Shown piece by piece: positions 50,032 through 59,967 of a DNA stretch of 64,000 nt. Origin of the DNA: Nitrosopumilus sp. (GTDB taxonomy: Archaea > Thermoproteota > Nitrososphaeria > Nitrososphaerales > Nitrosopumilaceae); assembly GCA_965224195.1 (NCBI GenBank), contig OZ245040.1, forward strand, positions 1,888,001 to 1,952,000, given 5' to 3'. The notes beneath the pieces are model-generated. The model made no database searches and had not been told where the DNA came from. It saw only the letters and a program-made list of their open reading frames with translations. The translations under genes and the position numbers were made by a program. Positions within the stretch are counted from its first letter, which is position 1. Each line of letters opens with the position of its first letter.

Positions 50032-50549
50032 ATCTAATAATTACTTGTCCTAGGCATCTTGAACCAGAAACAGAAGAGGAATTAATCAATATTTTAGAAG
50101 AATTTGGAGATTCTGATGTTAAAGTCACAATCACTAACATGTCAGGTATTTTGACTGCTGAAACAAAACTTGACCCTATAGAAGTTGTAAGAAAAATTAA
50201 GGAAATGCTTCTTGATGAACCATGGAGTGTGAGATATTGTAAAAGAATCATTCCAATACAGAAAGTTGTTGAATCAAATATCGGAGAAATCGAAAAAAGT
50301 GTTGCAGAATTATCAAATCAAATTTTAGATGAGGAGACATATAGGATATCAATTGAAAAAAGAAATTCAGATTTATCAAGTAAAGAAATTATCACAAAAA
50401 TTGCCAATAATATAAAAAATAAAGTTTCTCTAGAATTTCCAGATAGAATTCTATTAATTGAAATTTTAGGTAATAAAACAGGTGTTTCTATTCTAAAAAA
50501 ATTAGATATTCTAAGTACAGAAAAAACCAAACGAAGTATGTCAGAGTAA
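50028..50549 (+). CDS. THUMP domain protein
   Basis: TYRISIEKR..KVSLEFPDRILLIEILG. Confidence 0.88.
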   Translation: MNLIITCPRHLEPETEEELINILEEFGDSDVKVTITNMSGILTAETKLDPIEVVRKIKEMLLDEPWSVRYCKRIIPIQKVVESNIGEIEKSVAELSNQILDEETYRISIEKRNSDLSSKEIITKIANNIKNKVSLEFPDRILLIEILGNKTGVSILKKLDILSTEKTKRSMSE

Positions 50550-51314
50550 CACAGTAGCTTTTTCAACTAAAATATCAGCCAAAGGGTTTTTTGAAATAAT
50601 TGAATCAGTATGTTTTGTTGTTATTTTGAATTGTTTCTTTAGAAAAGACTCATTATTTTTTGAAAACATTGGACTAGATATTGACTTTAATTCAAGATAC
50701 AATGAATTAAGAGTTTTTTTATTCCCAATTGCAATAATAACAAAATTAGTATTAAATTTAATTCCAACATTTTTAATTGCATCAGAAATTTGTGTAATTA
50801 AAGCAAATCTCATTAGAATGTCAGTTTCAAGTTTGTTTGAAAGTAAAATATTATTTTTTTCAGATTCAATAGATAATGAAATAATTTTTTTTAAATGATG
50901 ATTATTTAGAATATAATTACTAGATACAGCTTGAAGTACAACTTTAGGATATTTTTTTCTCAAGTCATCGATGAATTTCACATTAATTGATTTTTGACCT
51001 TTAATTTCAATAACCTGAATTATTTTTTTAGAAAATTCAAAATTAACTTTTTTTGATGATCCACCATGAATCACAGGGATTATACTTACAAGATCATTTT
51101 CTTGTATTATTGTAGATGTACCATACATTGCAGAAGAATCAGCACCATTAATTGCAATTAAAACATTATCAGTATCAAGATTTGGTGTATCTACAGGTTT
51201 TAGTTTCAGTAGTAAATTAATCAATTCATGAATGGTTAAATTAGATTGATCAATTTTTAATTGTTCTACCGGGAAAGATTTTTTTGCACCACCTACAAAT
51301 TTTACAGTAAACAT
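50541..51314 (-). CDS. cgi121: MoaD/SAMP ubiquitin-like domain fused to KEOPS Cgi121
   Basis: VSIIPVIHGG followed by ETDILMRFALITQISDAIKNVG. Confidence 0.85.
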   Translation of the reverse strand: MFTVKFVGGAKKSFPVEQLKIDQSNLTIHELINLLLKLKPVDTPNLDTDNVLIAINGADSSAMYGTSTIIQENDLVSIIPVIHGGSSKKVNFEFSKKIIQVIEIKGQKSINVKFIDDLRKKYPKVVLQAVSSNYILNNHHLKKIISLSIESEKNNILLSNKLETDILMRFALITQISDAIKNVGIKFNTNFVIIAIGNKKTLNSLYLELKSISSPMFSKNNESFLKKQFKITTKHTDSIISKNPLADILVEKATVLL

Positions 51315-51353
51315 ATCTATCTAATTTAAAATTAAGAAATTATATTTAATTTA

Positions 51354-51719
51354 TTATTCGGTTTCTTCTTCAGCAGTCTTAGAAGATATTTCTTCAGTGG
51401 TTGCCTCAACAACTGTTTCGGTTGCTTCAACAGTTTCTACACCTTCTTCTGCAACAACATCTTCAGTCAATTTTATTTCAGATTTTTCTTCAACTTGTTG
51501 TTCATCTTTTGATGCTGTAATTCTAGCCTGTTTAGCTTTTTCTTCACGTACTTCTTTTTTGATAAATTTAGTAATATAACCTGCAATTTCGTTTTTCAAA
51601 CCTTTAGAACGTACTATAGAAACTTGATCTAAGGCTTTTTTGTTATCGGCAAAATCTTCGCCAAATTTGGTTTTATGATCTACTAGAACTTCATATGAAA
51701 GTCGCTTAATTCTATCCAC
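51354..51719 (-). CDS. rps17e: 30S ribosomal protein S17e with acidic tail
   Basis: DFADNKK..SKGLKNEIAGYIT. Confidence 0.95.
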   Translation of the reverse strand: MDRIKRLSYEVLVDHKTKFGEDFADNKKALDQVSIVRSKGLKNEIAGYITKFIKKEVREEKAKQARITASKDEQQVEEKSEIKLTEDVVAEEGVETVEATETVVEATTEEISSKTAEEETE

Positions 51720-51966
51720 TAACCGATTACATGAGGGGGGTATTTTATACCTATATTAGACTAAAAACGTGTTTGTGTAGGCATAAAAATAATAAAACCG
51801 TAATTTCAACCTATAGGACATTATCTTTAATATTATTTCAATGATTACTACAAATAAATAATATTTTGAGGCTTAATTGTACACTAACAAATAAAGTATA
51901 TAACAATATTTGGTGCTGTTTCGTTGATGGGACATCTTGTGCCTGTTTTGTGTCGGGACATAAAAT

Positions 51967-52269
51967 TTAGGAATTACTTGTAATCACAGCATTAGAATCT
52001 ACAACAGTATTACCTGATTCTTTATTCAAATTACCATTTACAATACTATGTATAACTAACTCTCCTCCCCGATTTGTTACATTTCCTTTAACTATTCCAT
52101 GTAAATCACATTTAGCAAAATTATTAATTATTAAATCACCATTAATGATTTCATTTAGTATCAAATAGGAATTTTCCTGAACAGTTACATTTCCATCTAT
52201 GATTCCTCTTATTCTCAATTCATGTTTTACAAAAAGATCATTATGAATTGTATCATTAATTTCTTCCAT
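51967..52269 (-). CDS. bactofilin-like beta-helical repeat protein (passenger)
   Basis: Repeating GIIDGNVTV / IINGDLII / GIVKGNVTN / IVNGNL. Confidence 0.65.
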   Translation of the reverse strand: MEEINDTIHNDLFVKHELRIRGIIDGNVTVQENSYLILNEIINGDLIINNFAKCDLHGIVKGNVTNRGGELVIHSIVNGNLNKESGNTVVDSNAVITSNS

Positions 52270-52274
52270 GTTAT

Positions 52275-52553
52275 TTATTTAAGATATTTCCAAACTATTG
52301 CAAATACACAAGGACTAACAAGAAAATGACTAATTAGATACCCAGTTGTATTACTAACAACAAATGATTGAAAATTAGTTAATCCTGTTACTTCAGGGTT
52401 AAACCAAAGAGTAGTTCCTATGAATACTATAATTGTGGTTATGATTTGCCAAAATAAGTGAATTCTAGCTTTTGATTTTTTGATGCTCTTTGTTTTTGAT
52501 TTCATATTTCTAAAGATTTTTTTCAGCCCATTTGACAGCCTTATATCCTGCAA
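52275..52553 (-). CDS. small 2-TM protein (passenger)
   Basis: Basic N-terminus and two TMs. Confidence 0.55.
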   Translation of the reverse strand: MQDIRLSNGLKKIFRNMKSKTKSIKKSKARIHLFWQIITTIIVFIGTTLWFNPEVTGLTNFQSFVVSNTTGYLISHFLVSPCVFAIVWKYLK

Positions 52554-52839
52554 ACAAGCCCAAGGCTATGCCTCCAAGAGTAACTAATCCTTTAGGAATA
52601 CCTGTTTCTTCCTCAACATAATTTGAGGCATGATTAATTGTTCCTGATGAAAAATCAGTTGCATTAAATTTGTCAATATGCACATATCCTATTTGAGAAT
52701 CTTTCTCAAATATTGCATGTCTATTACCATATTGCTCAAGTTCTCTAAACTCTTCTTTACCATCAGTTCTGAAATAACTGGTATCTTTCCACTGACCTTC
52801 AATAATTTCAAAACGATAAATTGAATTATTCATTTTCAA
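52510..52839 (-). CDS. hypothetical protein with C-terminal membrane anchor (passenger)
   Basis: GYVHIDKFN; Gly-rich TM tail. Confidence 0.65.
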   Translation of the reverse strand: MKMNNSIYRFEIIEGQWKDTSYFRTDGKEEFRELEQYGNRHAIFEKDSQIGYVHIDKFNATDFSSGTINHASNYVEEETGIPKGLVTLGGIALGLFAGYKAVKWAEKNL

Positions 52840-53239
52840 CCATTAACTCCTGTGTTTTTAATTCTGAGGTTTTTTCTTTATCCAATACTAATTGAATTGG
52901 AATTTCTGGTGTTTCATCTTGAATCTTAGTTTTAGCAACTAAGAAAGCGAATTTTTCTAAATGTTGAATTGCCTCAGAATTAGAATTAATTTTATACATT
53001 TTAGAACGACCTGATGTTCTTGTATTGTCTATCAAACCTAATTTTTCTAATTTTGGTACTGCTCGATAAATATGGCGAGTTGAGATTCCAGCATTTCTTG
53101 CAATGTCTGATTCGGAATAATCAAACTCTCTGAAGATCAACAAGAAGTCTAAAATTTTTGCAGTAGACGTACCCAAGAAAAGTTCACCTAATACACCCAA
53201 TTGGGTTTTACTAAAAATGGAGTTATCTTGTTCTGACAT
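52826..53239 (-). CDS. winged-helix transcriptional regulator (passenger)
   Basis: KILDFLL..DYSESDIARNAGIS..LEKLGLI..TRTSGRSKMYKIN. Confidence 0.88.
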   Translation of the reverse strand: MSEQDNSIFSKTQLGVLGELFLGTSTAKILDFLLIFREFDYSESDIARNAGISTRHIYRAVPKLEKLGLIDNTRTSGRSKMYKINSNSEAIQHLEKFAFLVAKTKIQDETPEIPIQLVLDKEKTSELKTQELMVENE

Positions 53240-53282
53240 AGTAGATCGTTACACTATTTCAAAATCATAAGTATATTTACCT

Positions 53283-53314
53283 TGTCATATCATTATGACA
53301 TGCACGTCATAATG
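53283..53314. promoter_or_regulatory. inverted-repeat operator between divergent genes
   Basis: CATTATGAC-N6-GTCATAATG perfect 9-bp inverted repeat, overlapping TGTCAT..ATGACA. Confidence 0.6.
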
Positions 53315-53355
53315 TTTATATCTAATCAAAAGATGAGTAAAGCTGAGGGGAAAAG

Positions 53356-54042
53356 ATGACAGACTATTGTCTTACTGTATTGAGGGTTTTACTCCACTTA
53401 GGTAGAGTAGGAAAGGATACCATTACTGTTAGTCATTTTCTATCTTTTGTGCCTAGTGTAGTTTCTAACAGAATTCTCACTACAATCACAGAATTAGCCC
53501 ATTTAGGATTCATTGAAAGAACATCGGATGATAGAATATCCATTAGAAGAAAACGAAGAGATGATGTTTGTAGATTAATGGATCCTGAACCAGATCCTGT
53601 CATTAAAAGCATAAAACCAATCGAAGATACAATTCCAAAATCATTTGATAAAACTCCATTTTTGATTACAGAAGGAGGTCATAAAGTAAAAGGGGTTGTT
53701 GACAAATATGCATTTCATAAAAATAAATTTGATTCAAAAATTATCGTGTATTTAGTTTCAGATAATCAAAAGAAAAGTACGATTAGAATAGGAAGTTTAA
53801 CTGATAGAAATTCATTGTATAGACGAGCAATTCTTGGAATTAATTCTGAATTTGGTACTACCGTATTTACTAAAGCAATGATGAATAAATTAGGTTCATC
53901 AATAGTAGGAAATAGACAACCAACTAAAGCATTGATAGATATTATGATTTTTGATGGTTATGTAATTCCAATTGATGATAAACATTTTATGAGAACTTCA
54001 AAAGGAGTTCCACCTGCTAACGGTTTAACGATTGAACGTTAA
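53356..54042 (+). CDS. hypothetical protein with wHTH-like segments (passenger)
   Basis: ITELAHLGFIER; 228-aa ORF. Confidence 0.7.
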   Translation: MTDYCLTVLRVLLHLGRVGKDTITVSHFLSFVPSVVSNRILTTITELAHLGFIERTSDDRISIRRKRRDDVCRLMDPEPDPVIKSIKPIEDTIPKSFDKTPFLITEGGHKVKGVVDKYAFHKNKFDSKIIVYLVSDNQKKSTIRIGSLTDRNSLYRRAILGINSEFGTTVFTKAMMNKLGSSIVGNRQPTKALIDIMIFDGYVIPIDDKHFMRTSKGVPPANGLTIER

Positions 54043-54298
54043 ATCATAATATCGTTTTTCAATTTATTCTAGATCTATTTTCTGGAAGTGGCGGTGTCTC
54101 ACGTTCCTAATATACCACTTTTTGATTTTGTTGAATGTGAAGGTTCCCCACTTCAAATACTTCTCTTTAGATCAAAATAATTATACCATGTTATTGTTAG
54201 AAAAACCGCTCGTTAAATGGATGATTCAAAAAATGTCATTTATGAAAACTGCTGGACTAAATATCAAAATGGAGATAGTTCACTCATGAAGTTTTCAA

Positions 54299-55423
54299 TT
54301 AACTTTGACTTGCATTTTGAATCAGGGTCTTCCACTTGTCAGAACCCTTCACATCTACTCCACAAGCATCAGCAGGAGTCTTCCCATCCAAAACCATGTG
54401 AGGGCGTACGTAATTATGATAAATTTGGCATCCATCAAATATTGGTGAGTCTTTGCTCTTTACTCCCCTCATTACTTTCTCTCGGTCTCAAAATTCTCCA
54501 TTGAGTCTTTCCATCTTGTTGTTGTTTCTATCTCCTTTCAGTGAGATGTGTCTAATGTGAATTGGTGAGCCTTTCTTTACTGCACCATATTCCTTTTTGA
54601 AAGCGTCTCTGTATGCCTGTAATCCATCTGTAACAAAAACTCGTGGTTTTGTCTCCATCGAGTTCTTTGCCATTTTGAGCAAGTTCCTAGCATCATGTTT
54701 GAACTTGGAATCTGCCACTTCTTGAGCAATCCAGAATCGAGTCTCATCATCCATTAGGGCAAAGAGGTATTTCTTGTCTCCCTTGACTTTGACATATACT
54801 TCGTCTGCTCTCCAAGTATCTCCTACTTGTGGCACGATGGTATCAAGATGGGTTTTCATCAATTCAGTGTATTTCTTTATCCACTTGTAGACAGTAGAAT
54901 GAGCCACATTGACACCTTGCAATCTGATGAATTTCTGAACATTTCTCAAGGATTCTCCTGTAAAGTATAATTGCATGGCAGAAGTGACGATTTTTGGATT
55001 TACTGATAATTTCTCAAATCCTAGATTGAATGAAAATCTATTTTTACAATTTTTACAAGAAAATCTTTGAAGATCATAATTCTTGTTGTGTCTAATTCCA
55101 TGCTTTACAATGTTACATGAAAAGCATTTTGGGCATTGGGAATTATTCACTTCTTCAATTATAATTTTATTTCTAATTCTTACTTCTTCTCTTATCTTGA
55201 TACTGATTTGGATTGCTAGGGCGTGTTTGCAAGTGACCTTTCTATACACATGATCAGGACAGGTACACTTCCAACCAAATTCAGTTGAGAAAATATCATA
55301 GATTCTATTTGTTGCCAAAGATTTCATGTGATAATGATTATCGTTAATTCTGAGAATGTGGGTATTGGGATTATCTAGTAATTTTTGTGCCCTTTCTTCT
55401 CTTGAAATGTACTCTTTTACCAT
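54299..55423 (-). pseudogene. IS6-family transposase (SWIM + Zn ribbon + DDE), inactivated
   Basis: Paralogue of 2460..3524. A nonsense TGA replaces Arg (NGEF*DREKVMRG), then a one-base insertion precedes KDSPIFDG..HNYVRPH..WKTLIQNAS. Confidence 0.9.
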
Positions 55424-55432
55424 ATATTGTAA

Positions 55433-55484
55433 TAGGTACCTAATAATATAAACATTTAGGTACCTAACATAAAGTAGGTACCTA
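55433..55484. promoter_or_regulatory. three perfect TAGGTACCTA palindromes, putative operator
   Basis: At 55433-55442, 55457-55466 and 55475-55484, between the transposase and the AbrB gene. Confidence 0.75.
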
Positions 55485-55519
55485 CACTTTATTAGGAACT
55501 TTCAACTAAAAATATTGAT

Positions 55520-55684
55520 TTGAAATTACAAAAACAACTTTCTAGAAAAGTTGGAAATGAGGAATATGCTAAATGGGTTGTTGTTATTCCTCCAGAAAAA
55601 ATCAAAGAATTAGGCTGGGAAGAAGGCGTAGAACTTGAAGTTGATCCAAAAAGTGATAAACTTATTTTGAAACCGAAGAAATAG
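55520..55684 (+). CDS. AbrB/MazE/SpoVT-family DNA-binding protein (54 aa, not in ORF track)
   Basis: Manual translation MKLQKQLSRKVGNEEYAKWVVVIPPEKIKELGWEEGVELEVDPKSDKLILKPKK. Confidence 0.85.
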   Translation: MKLQKQLSRKVGNEEYAKWVVVIPPEKIKELGWEEGVELEVDPKSDKLILKPKK

Positions 55685-56378
55685 GCTTTTTCAAATCTTC
55701 AAAAAATGTTTCAAACCTAGTTGATAAACTAGTTGAGTACTCTTGGATTTGTTCCATTTGTTTTACTGTTACTTCTAAAATAGGGTATTTCATATCTGAT
55801 TCTTCTCGTGTTTTTTCGACTTCTAAGATATCTGGAATAAACCAAACTTGGGGATTCCCACCAACAGATTCATCGAGATTAAAGTGAATGACATAGTTAA
55901 TTGTAGCAAATGCAATTTTTGCACCCTCAATCATTGTAAGATCTTTATGCCATAATTGTCTTAACAAAAATGAGCCATATGGTTCACCACTTCCTACCGT
56001 GATGTATGTTTTGATTGGTTCTGCAATTCCGTTTGAAGTTGCAATATTGAATAATTCGGCATTCATCCCTGCCCTGATTCCAATTACGACATCCATTCCA
56101 CCACCTCTTGAATAATATCGGTTATGAAGTTCTAAACTTCTATCTTCAACATATTGAAAAAATTCTTTGTCATTTGTTATTTCATCATCTCTAACTTTAG
56201 TTGTAAGCTCATCGGAAAATCTTTCTAAGATGGCACTGGTTCCAGCACCACCCATAATTACATTAGGTAAAATTTTTACGAGTTTTTCTCTATTAGATGA
56301 AACACTACCACGAAAAATTTTTGTATCTGCAACTAAAACAACACCATCAATACATCTCATTCCAATAACATATGTCAT
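55662..56378 (-). CDS. proteasome beta-like Ntn threonine protease (passenger)
   Basis: M-TYVIGMRCIDGVVLVADTK..EKL..GGAG..VGSG..SVGG; AAGGAA just upstream of ATG 56378. Confidence 0.88.
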   Translation of the reverse strand: MTYVIGMRCIDGVVLVADTKIFRGSVSSNREKLVKILPNVIMGGAGTSAILERFSDELTTKVRDDEITNDKEFFQYVEDRSLELHNRYYSRGGGMDVVIGIRAGMNAELFNIATSNGIAEPIKTYITVGSGEPYGSFLLRQLWHKDLTMIEGAKIAFATINYVIHFNLDESVGGNPQVWFIPDILEVEKTREESDMKYPILEVTVKQMEQIQEYSTSLSTRFETFFEDLKKPISSVSK

Positions 56379-56500
56379 TTCCTTTTTTATTGGACTTTGG
56401 TACCTAATAAAGAGATCCTTGTTAAACATAGTTTTTAATTAAAACACCTCATGTCCCGACAAAAAACACGAAGAAAATGTCCCATCAATCGAACAACACC

Positions 56501-56843
56501 CTAGCTTGTCATATATGATTTTTGTAAACTGCCCAACCATTGCAGGGTTTGGGGCCTCATCATATCTCTTGAGAGCATGCAAGACTCTCTGATTAATTTT
56601 GTACAAGAGCACAGCCTTTGCATCAATGACACTGCACATCTCAGAATCCAAGTCGCCAAGCGGCGTTTTATTCTCAAGATCAAGTTGTCTTTTCTCCATG
56701 TGAACCTGGTTGTCAGACTTGCCACAGCTTTGGTCTTTGCACCAGTGATCATTTACCTTGTATATGGCATCACCGGCTCTGATTTGTACACTGCAAACCT
56801 TGCACGTGCTATCAAACCTTGAGGCCATAGATACGGCAGACAT
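56501..56843 (-). pseudogene. virus-like Zn-finger protein, 3' end cut by the transposon end
   Basis: ASRFDSTCKVC..IRAGDAIY..HWC; the ORF reads into the terminal repeat; higher GC than its neighbours. Confidence 0.55.
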
Positions 56844-56846
56844 ATC

Positions 56847-57140
56847 CTATTGCATCCTCCTCAAAAACTCTAGATATTTTGTTGGCGAGTTGTTGGTTGA
56901 TTCAGGCGAGTAGAACATTTGGATTGTCTCAAGCATCTCATCTGCATAGTCTGTAAACTTTACTTTATGTATGCGGCATTTTCCGTCTTCACATGACTCT
57001 ATGATGACGATTTGATTTGCAATAAAATTTGTCTCCTCATAATGCATAAAGGCATACATTGCAGCCTGCAAATACCACACATCTCGTCGTTTGCCGTAAC
57101 GAAGTTTTCGTGTTGTTTTAAAAATATTGAAAGTGACAAT
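56847..57140 (-). pseudogene. C-terminal fragment of a virus-type PD-(D/E)XK (Cas4/RecB-like) nuclease
   Basis: FKTTRK...WYLQAAMYA (QxxxY motif). Confidence 0.55.
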
Positions 57141-57284
57141 GATATCCAGAGATGAATTTGTGACAGATCATAACAATGGCTATGTAAAATAATACATTAT
57201 AAAAATAATATGATCATAAAAATCAAAATAATCTAGTTTCACTAACATATGTGCAGAAATAAACATTATACCATAAAGTAATAC

Positions 57285-58213
57285 ATGAGTATTTTAATAA
57301 CCAAACAACGCGGTTCTTTATTATTTGAAGAATCGATAAAATCAAAATACACCAAAAAGAACTATACATCACATCTTAACCAATTCTTGACATTTGCAGA
57401 TTTTGATTCTCAAAACCAGTTGTTATCAGTACCACATTTAGAATTACAATACAAGCTAGAAAATTATCTTATAGAATTGAAACGTACTACAAACCCCAAT
57501 TCCATACCCTCAAAGTTTCAGGGCATAAAACATTTTTGTGTTATGAATGAAATTAATCTAAATTGGAATATTATTGTCAAAATGTTCCCACAAAAACAGA
57601 AATCTCAAAGCTTGAGAGCATGCACTACAAAAGAAGTTAAAAATTTAGTATACAGTACAGCAAATCTTAGAAATAAGGCGTTAATTCATTTCTTTGGATC
57701 TACTGGTGCTAGAGTAGGTGTCTTTGATCATGATTTATCAATGAGATATATGATGAAAATGCCCTATGGTTGTACAGCTGTATTGCTCTATGCTGGAGAC
57801 CTAGAAGAATATTGGACATTTCTCACACCACAAGCAACAAAAGTAGTAAATGCATATCATGACTATCGTAAAAATAATGGTGAAATATTTTACAAAGATA
57901 CACCAATATTTGCAACTTGTAAGTTTCATCCTAAACAGATAGGATGGAGTGGTGTTCGTTCTATGATATATAGAACAATACAAAAAAGTAACATTACAAG
58001 ACTAAAGTATGATAATCGTTTTGATGTACAAGCTGATCATAGCTTTAGAAAGCGATACAACACCATACTAAAATTGGATACTCTGTAAACTATAACATTG
58101 CAAAGAAACTAATGGGCCACAAAAATGGTCTTGATGGAGTTTACTTTACCCCAACATTAAAGGAACTATTTATAGAATTTAAGAAAATAATGCATAAAAT
58201 AGAGATCAGGTAA
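57285..58213 (+). pseudogene. tyrosine recombinase/integrase, frameshifted
   Basis: STGARVG and HSFRKRY; LMGHKNGLDGVY with the catalytic Tyr lies in another frame after about 58080 and ends at TAA 58213. Confidence 0.88.
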
Positions 58214-58255
58214 ACTTACAATTAATTAATAAACCACAAATAACAACAACAAATA

Positions 58256-58459
58256 TTGTCTAATGAAAAACCAAATTTTGTTTCTGCTAAAATAACTATG
58301 CCTGACGGTAAAGAATATGAAGTAATATTACCTGCTAAAATTTTTAGTACTGGTCGTGCTGGATTTTATTCTCAAATCCCATCAATGGCATACGATAATG
58401 ATGTTTATGGTGGGCAAATCCAAATTTGGAAAAAATCTGAGAAAAAAGAACAAGATTAG
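58256..58459 (+). CDS. small hypothetical protein
   Basis: KIFSTGRAGFY; 67 aa. Confidence 0.6.
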   Translation: MSNEKPNFVSAKITMPDGKEYEVILPAKIFSTGRAGFYSQIPSMAYDNDVYGGQIQIWKKSEKKEQD

Positions 58460-58478
58460 CAAAATTTTAATTGTAGAA

Positions 58479-59185
58479 TTAGTCTAGTTTTACACGAATT
58501 TGACCTGTAAGTAATTTTTGCATTAAACCTTTTTTGAGCCTTTCTAGTTTTTCTTTATATTCTTGATTTTTTTGTATATATGCATCAACTCCTGATAGAA
58601 TTGATGCAATTTTCTTCCGCTCTTTAACATCGTTTGGTACAAAGATTTTTGCATCCGATACAACTGAACTGGTAATTGCAGGATATGCCATTCCTTCCAT
58701 AAATGGAATAAAATTTAATTCAAAAAAATGACTTTTGAAATAATTAAAAAGAAAACCTGTATCAGAAATAATCTTTGATCTTATTACTGTAAATCCTGTT
58801 GAACAAATAAGGTTATGTTTTTCAAATATAATTAATGAAAATGCTTTGAGATAAGGACGGACTGTTGAAACAATAATGTCGTTGTGCTTTATAATTCGCT
58901 GAGCTCTACTAGGTCGTTTATCTTTATTAAATTTTTTCAATTTTGTAACTTGAAAATTCTCTATGGATAAAATATCAATATACTCAATTTTGTCAAAGTT
59001 ATAATTATCTTTGATTTGTTCCGAATTCACTTTAGTTAAATCTTTTATTTGAAATTGTTTCCATTCCTTAGGAATCTCAATCTCTTTCCCAAACAACCAT
59101 TTTACCGTCTTAAATTTACTATGCCCAATACCTCTGGTTAACAGCTTCTGCATCAGCCCTTTCTTCAACCTCTCAGATTTCTTAA
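58479..59185 (-). pseudogene. hsdS: type I restriction-modification specificity subunit, C-terminal half only
   Basis: LKKGLMQKLLT twice, EIPKEW, STVRPYL, CSTGF; a single target-recognition domain. Confidence 0.85.
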
Positions 59186-59721
59186 CAACTGTTAGGTGAT
59201 AGTGTCTTTATTATTAGCTCTTTGATAGTTGGTTTAGTGTTCTGTTTAGATTTGTAATTGCAGTCAAGGTCAGTTACAGTTCCAGCGACTATATGACTAT
59301 CACATTTTTTAGTTTGAAAGCCTTGTGAACTGTAAAAAGGAATTTGTGACGTTAATTCTGAATTTTTAAGTGGTACCCACTGAATTTCTGTATACATTAA
59401 GGTCTTTGAACTGGGTGTTTGGAATACTTGGATAATCATCATCAGATACCCTAACCAAAATCAACTTTAAATGGAACAGGGTTAAGCATTAATAGGTTCA
59501 AAAAGTCCACCACCTAGTGTGATTATAGAAGCAGGAAGTGGTGTAGAAGATGTGGTAATTATGGTAGGAGGTGGATTTGGTATAGCAGCACCGCCACTAA
59601 AATCTTGAGAATATGCAACATTAGAAAAACCTGTGAAAATCAATAATGTAACTAGTACAGGCAAAACAAACATTCTAAGTGAGATTATAGAAGATTTCCT
59701 TAACATGAAATGATTGGACAT
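59182..59721 (-). pseudogene. fragments of a secreted protein
   Basis: Signal-peptide ORF 59482..59721 followed by ORF 59182..59442, which abuts the hsdS fragment. Confidence 0.45.
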
Positions 59722-59820
59722 AACAGTATTATTTAATTATTGTCATACAGGTTATTATCATCATGCAGGATAATAATTAAATAAAGTCATATTTTTATAT
59801 CATCATATATAGTACAACAC

Positions 59821-59967
59821 ATGCCAAAACGCGTAACAATAATGCTCGATGATGACATTGACAAAAAACTAAGAATATTACAAGCAGATAAGATTAAAAA
59901 ATCACAAAAGAGCGTTAATTTTTCACATGTAATAAATGCCACATTGAGAAAACAGTTAAAATTATGA
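59821..59967 (+). CDS. ribbon-helix-helix protein (48 aa, not in ORF track)
   Basis: Manual translation MPKRVTIMLDDDIDKKLRILQADKIKKSQKSVNFSHVINATLRKQLKL. Confidence 0.8.
   Translation: MPKRVTIMLDDDIDKKLRILQADKIKKSQKSVNFSHVINATLRKQLKL

Larger units (their letters stand above)
51912..56500 (-). mobile_element. 4.6-kb IS6-like cargo transposon with about 50-bp terminal inverted repeats
   Basis: Left 51912-51961 GGTGCTGTTTCGTTGATGGGACAT..TGTCGGGACAT; right 56451-56500 (reverse complement) GGTGTTGTTCGATTGATGGGACAT..TGTCGGGACAT; internal IS6-type transposase. Confidence 0.88.

Noticed and set aside
54338-54346. GTCAGAACC as another IS6 end
   Set aside because: It encodes GSD in the transposase C-terminus and lacks the inner motif.
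54217-54504. 95-aa plus-strand ORF
   Set aside because: Antisense to the broken transposase 3' end.
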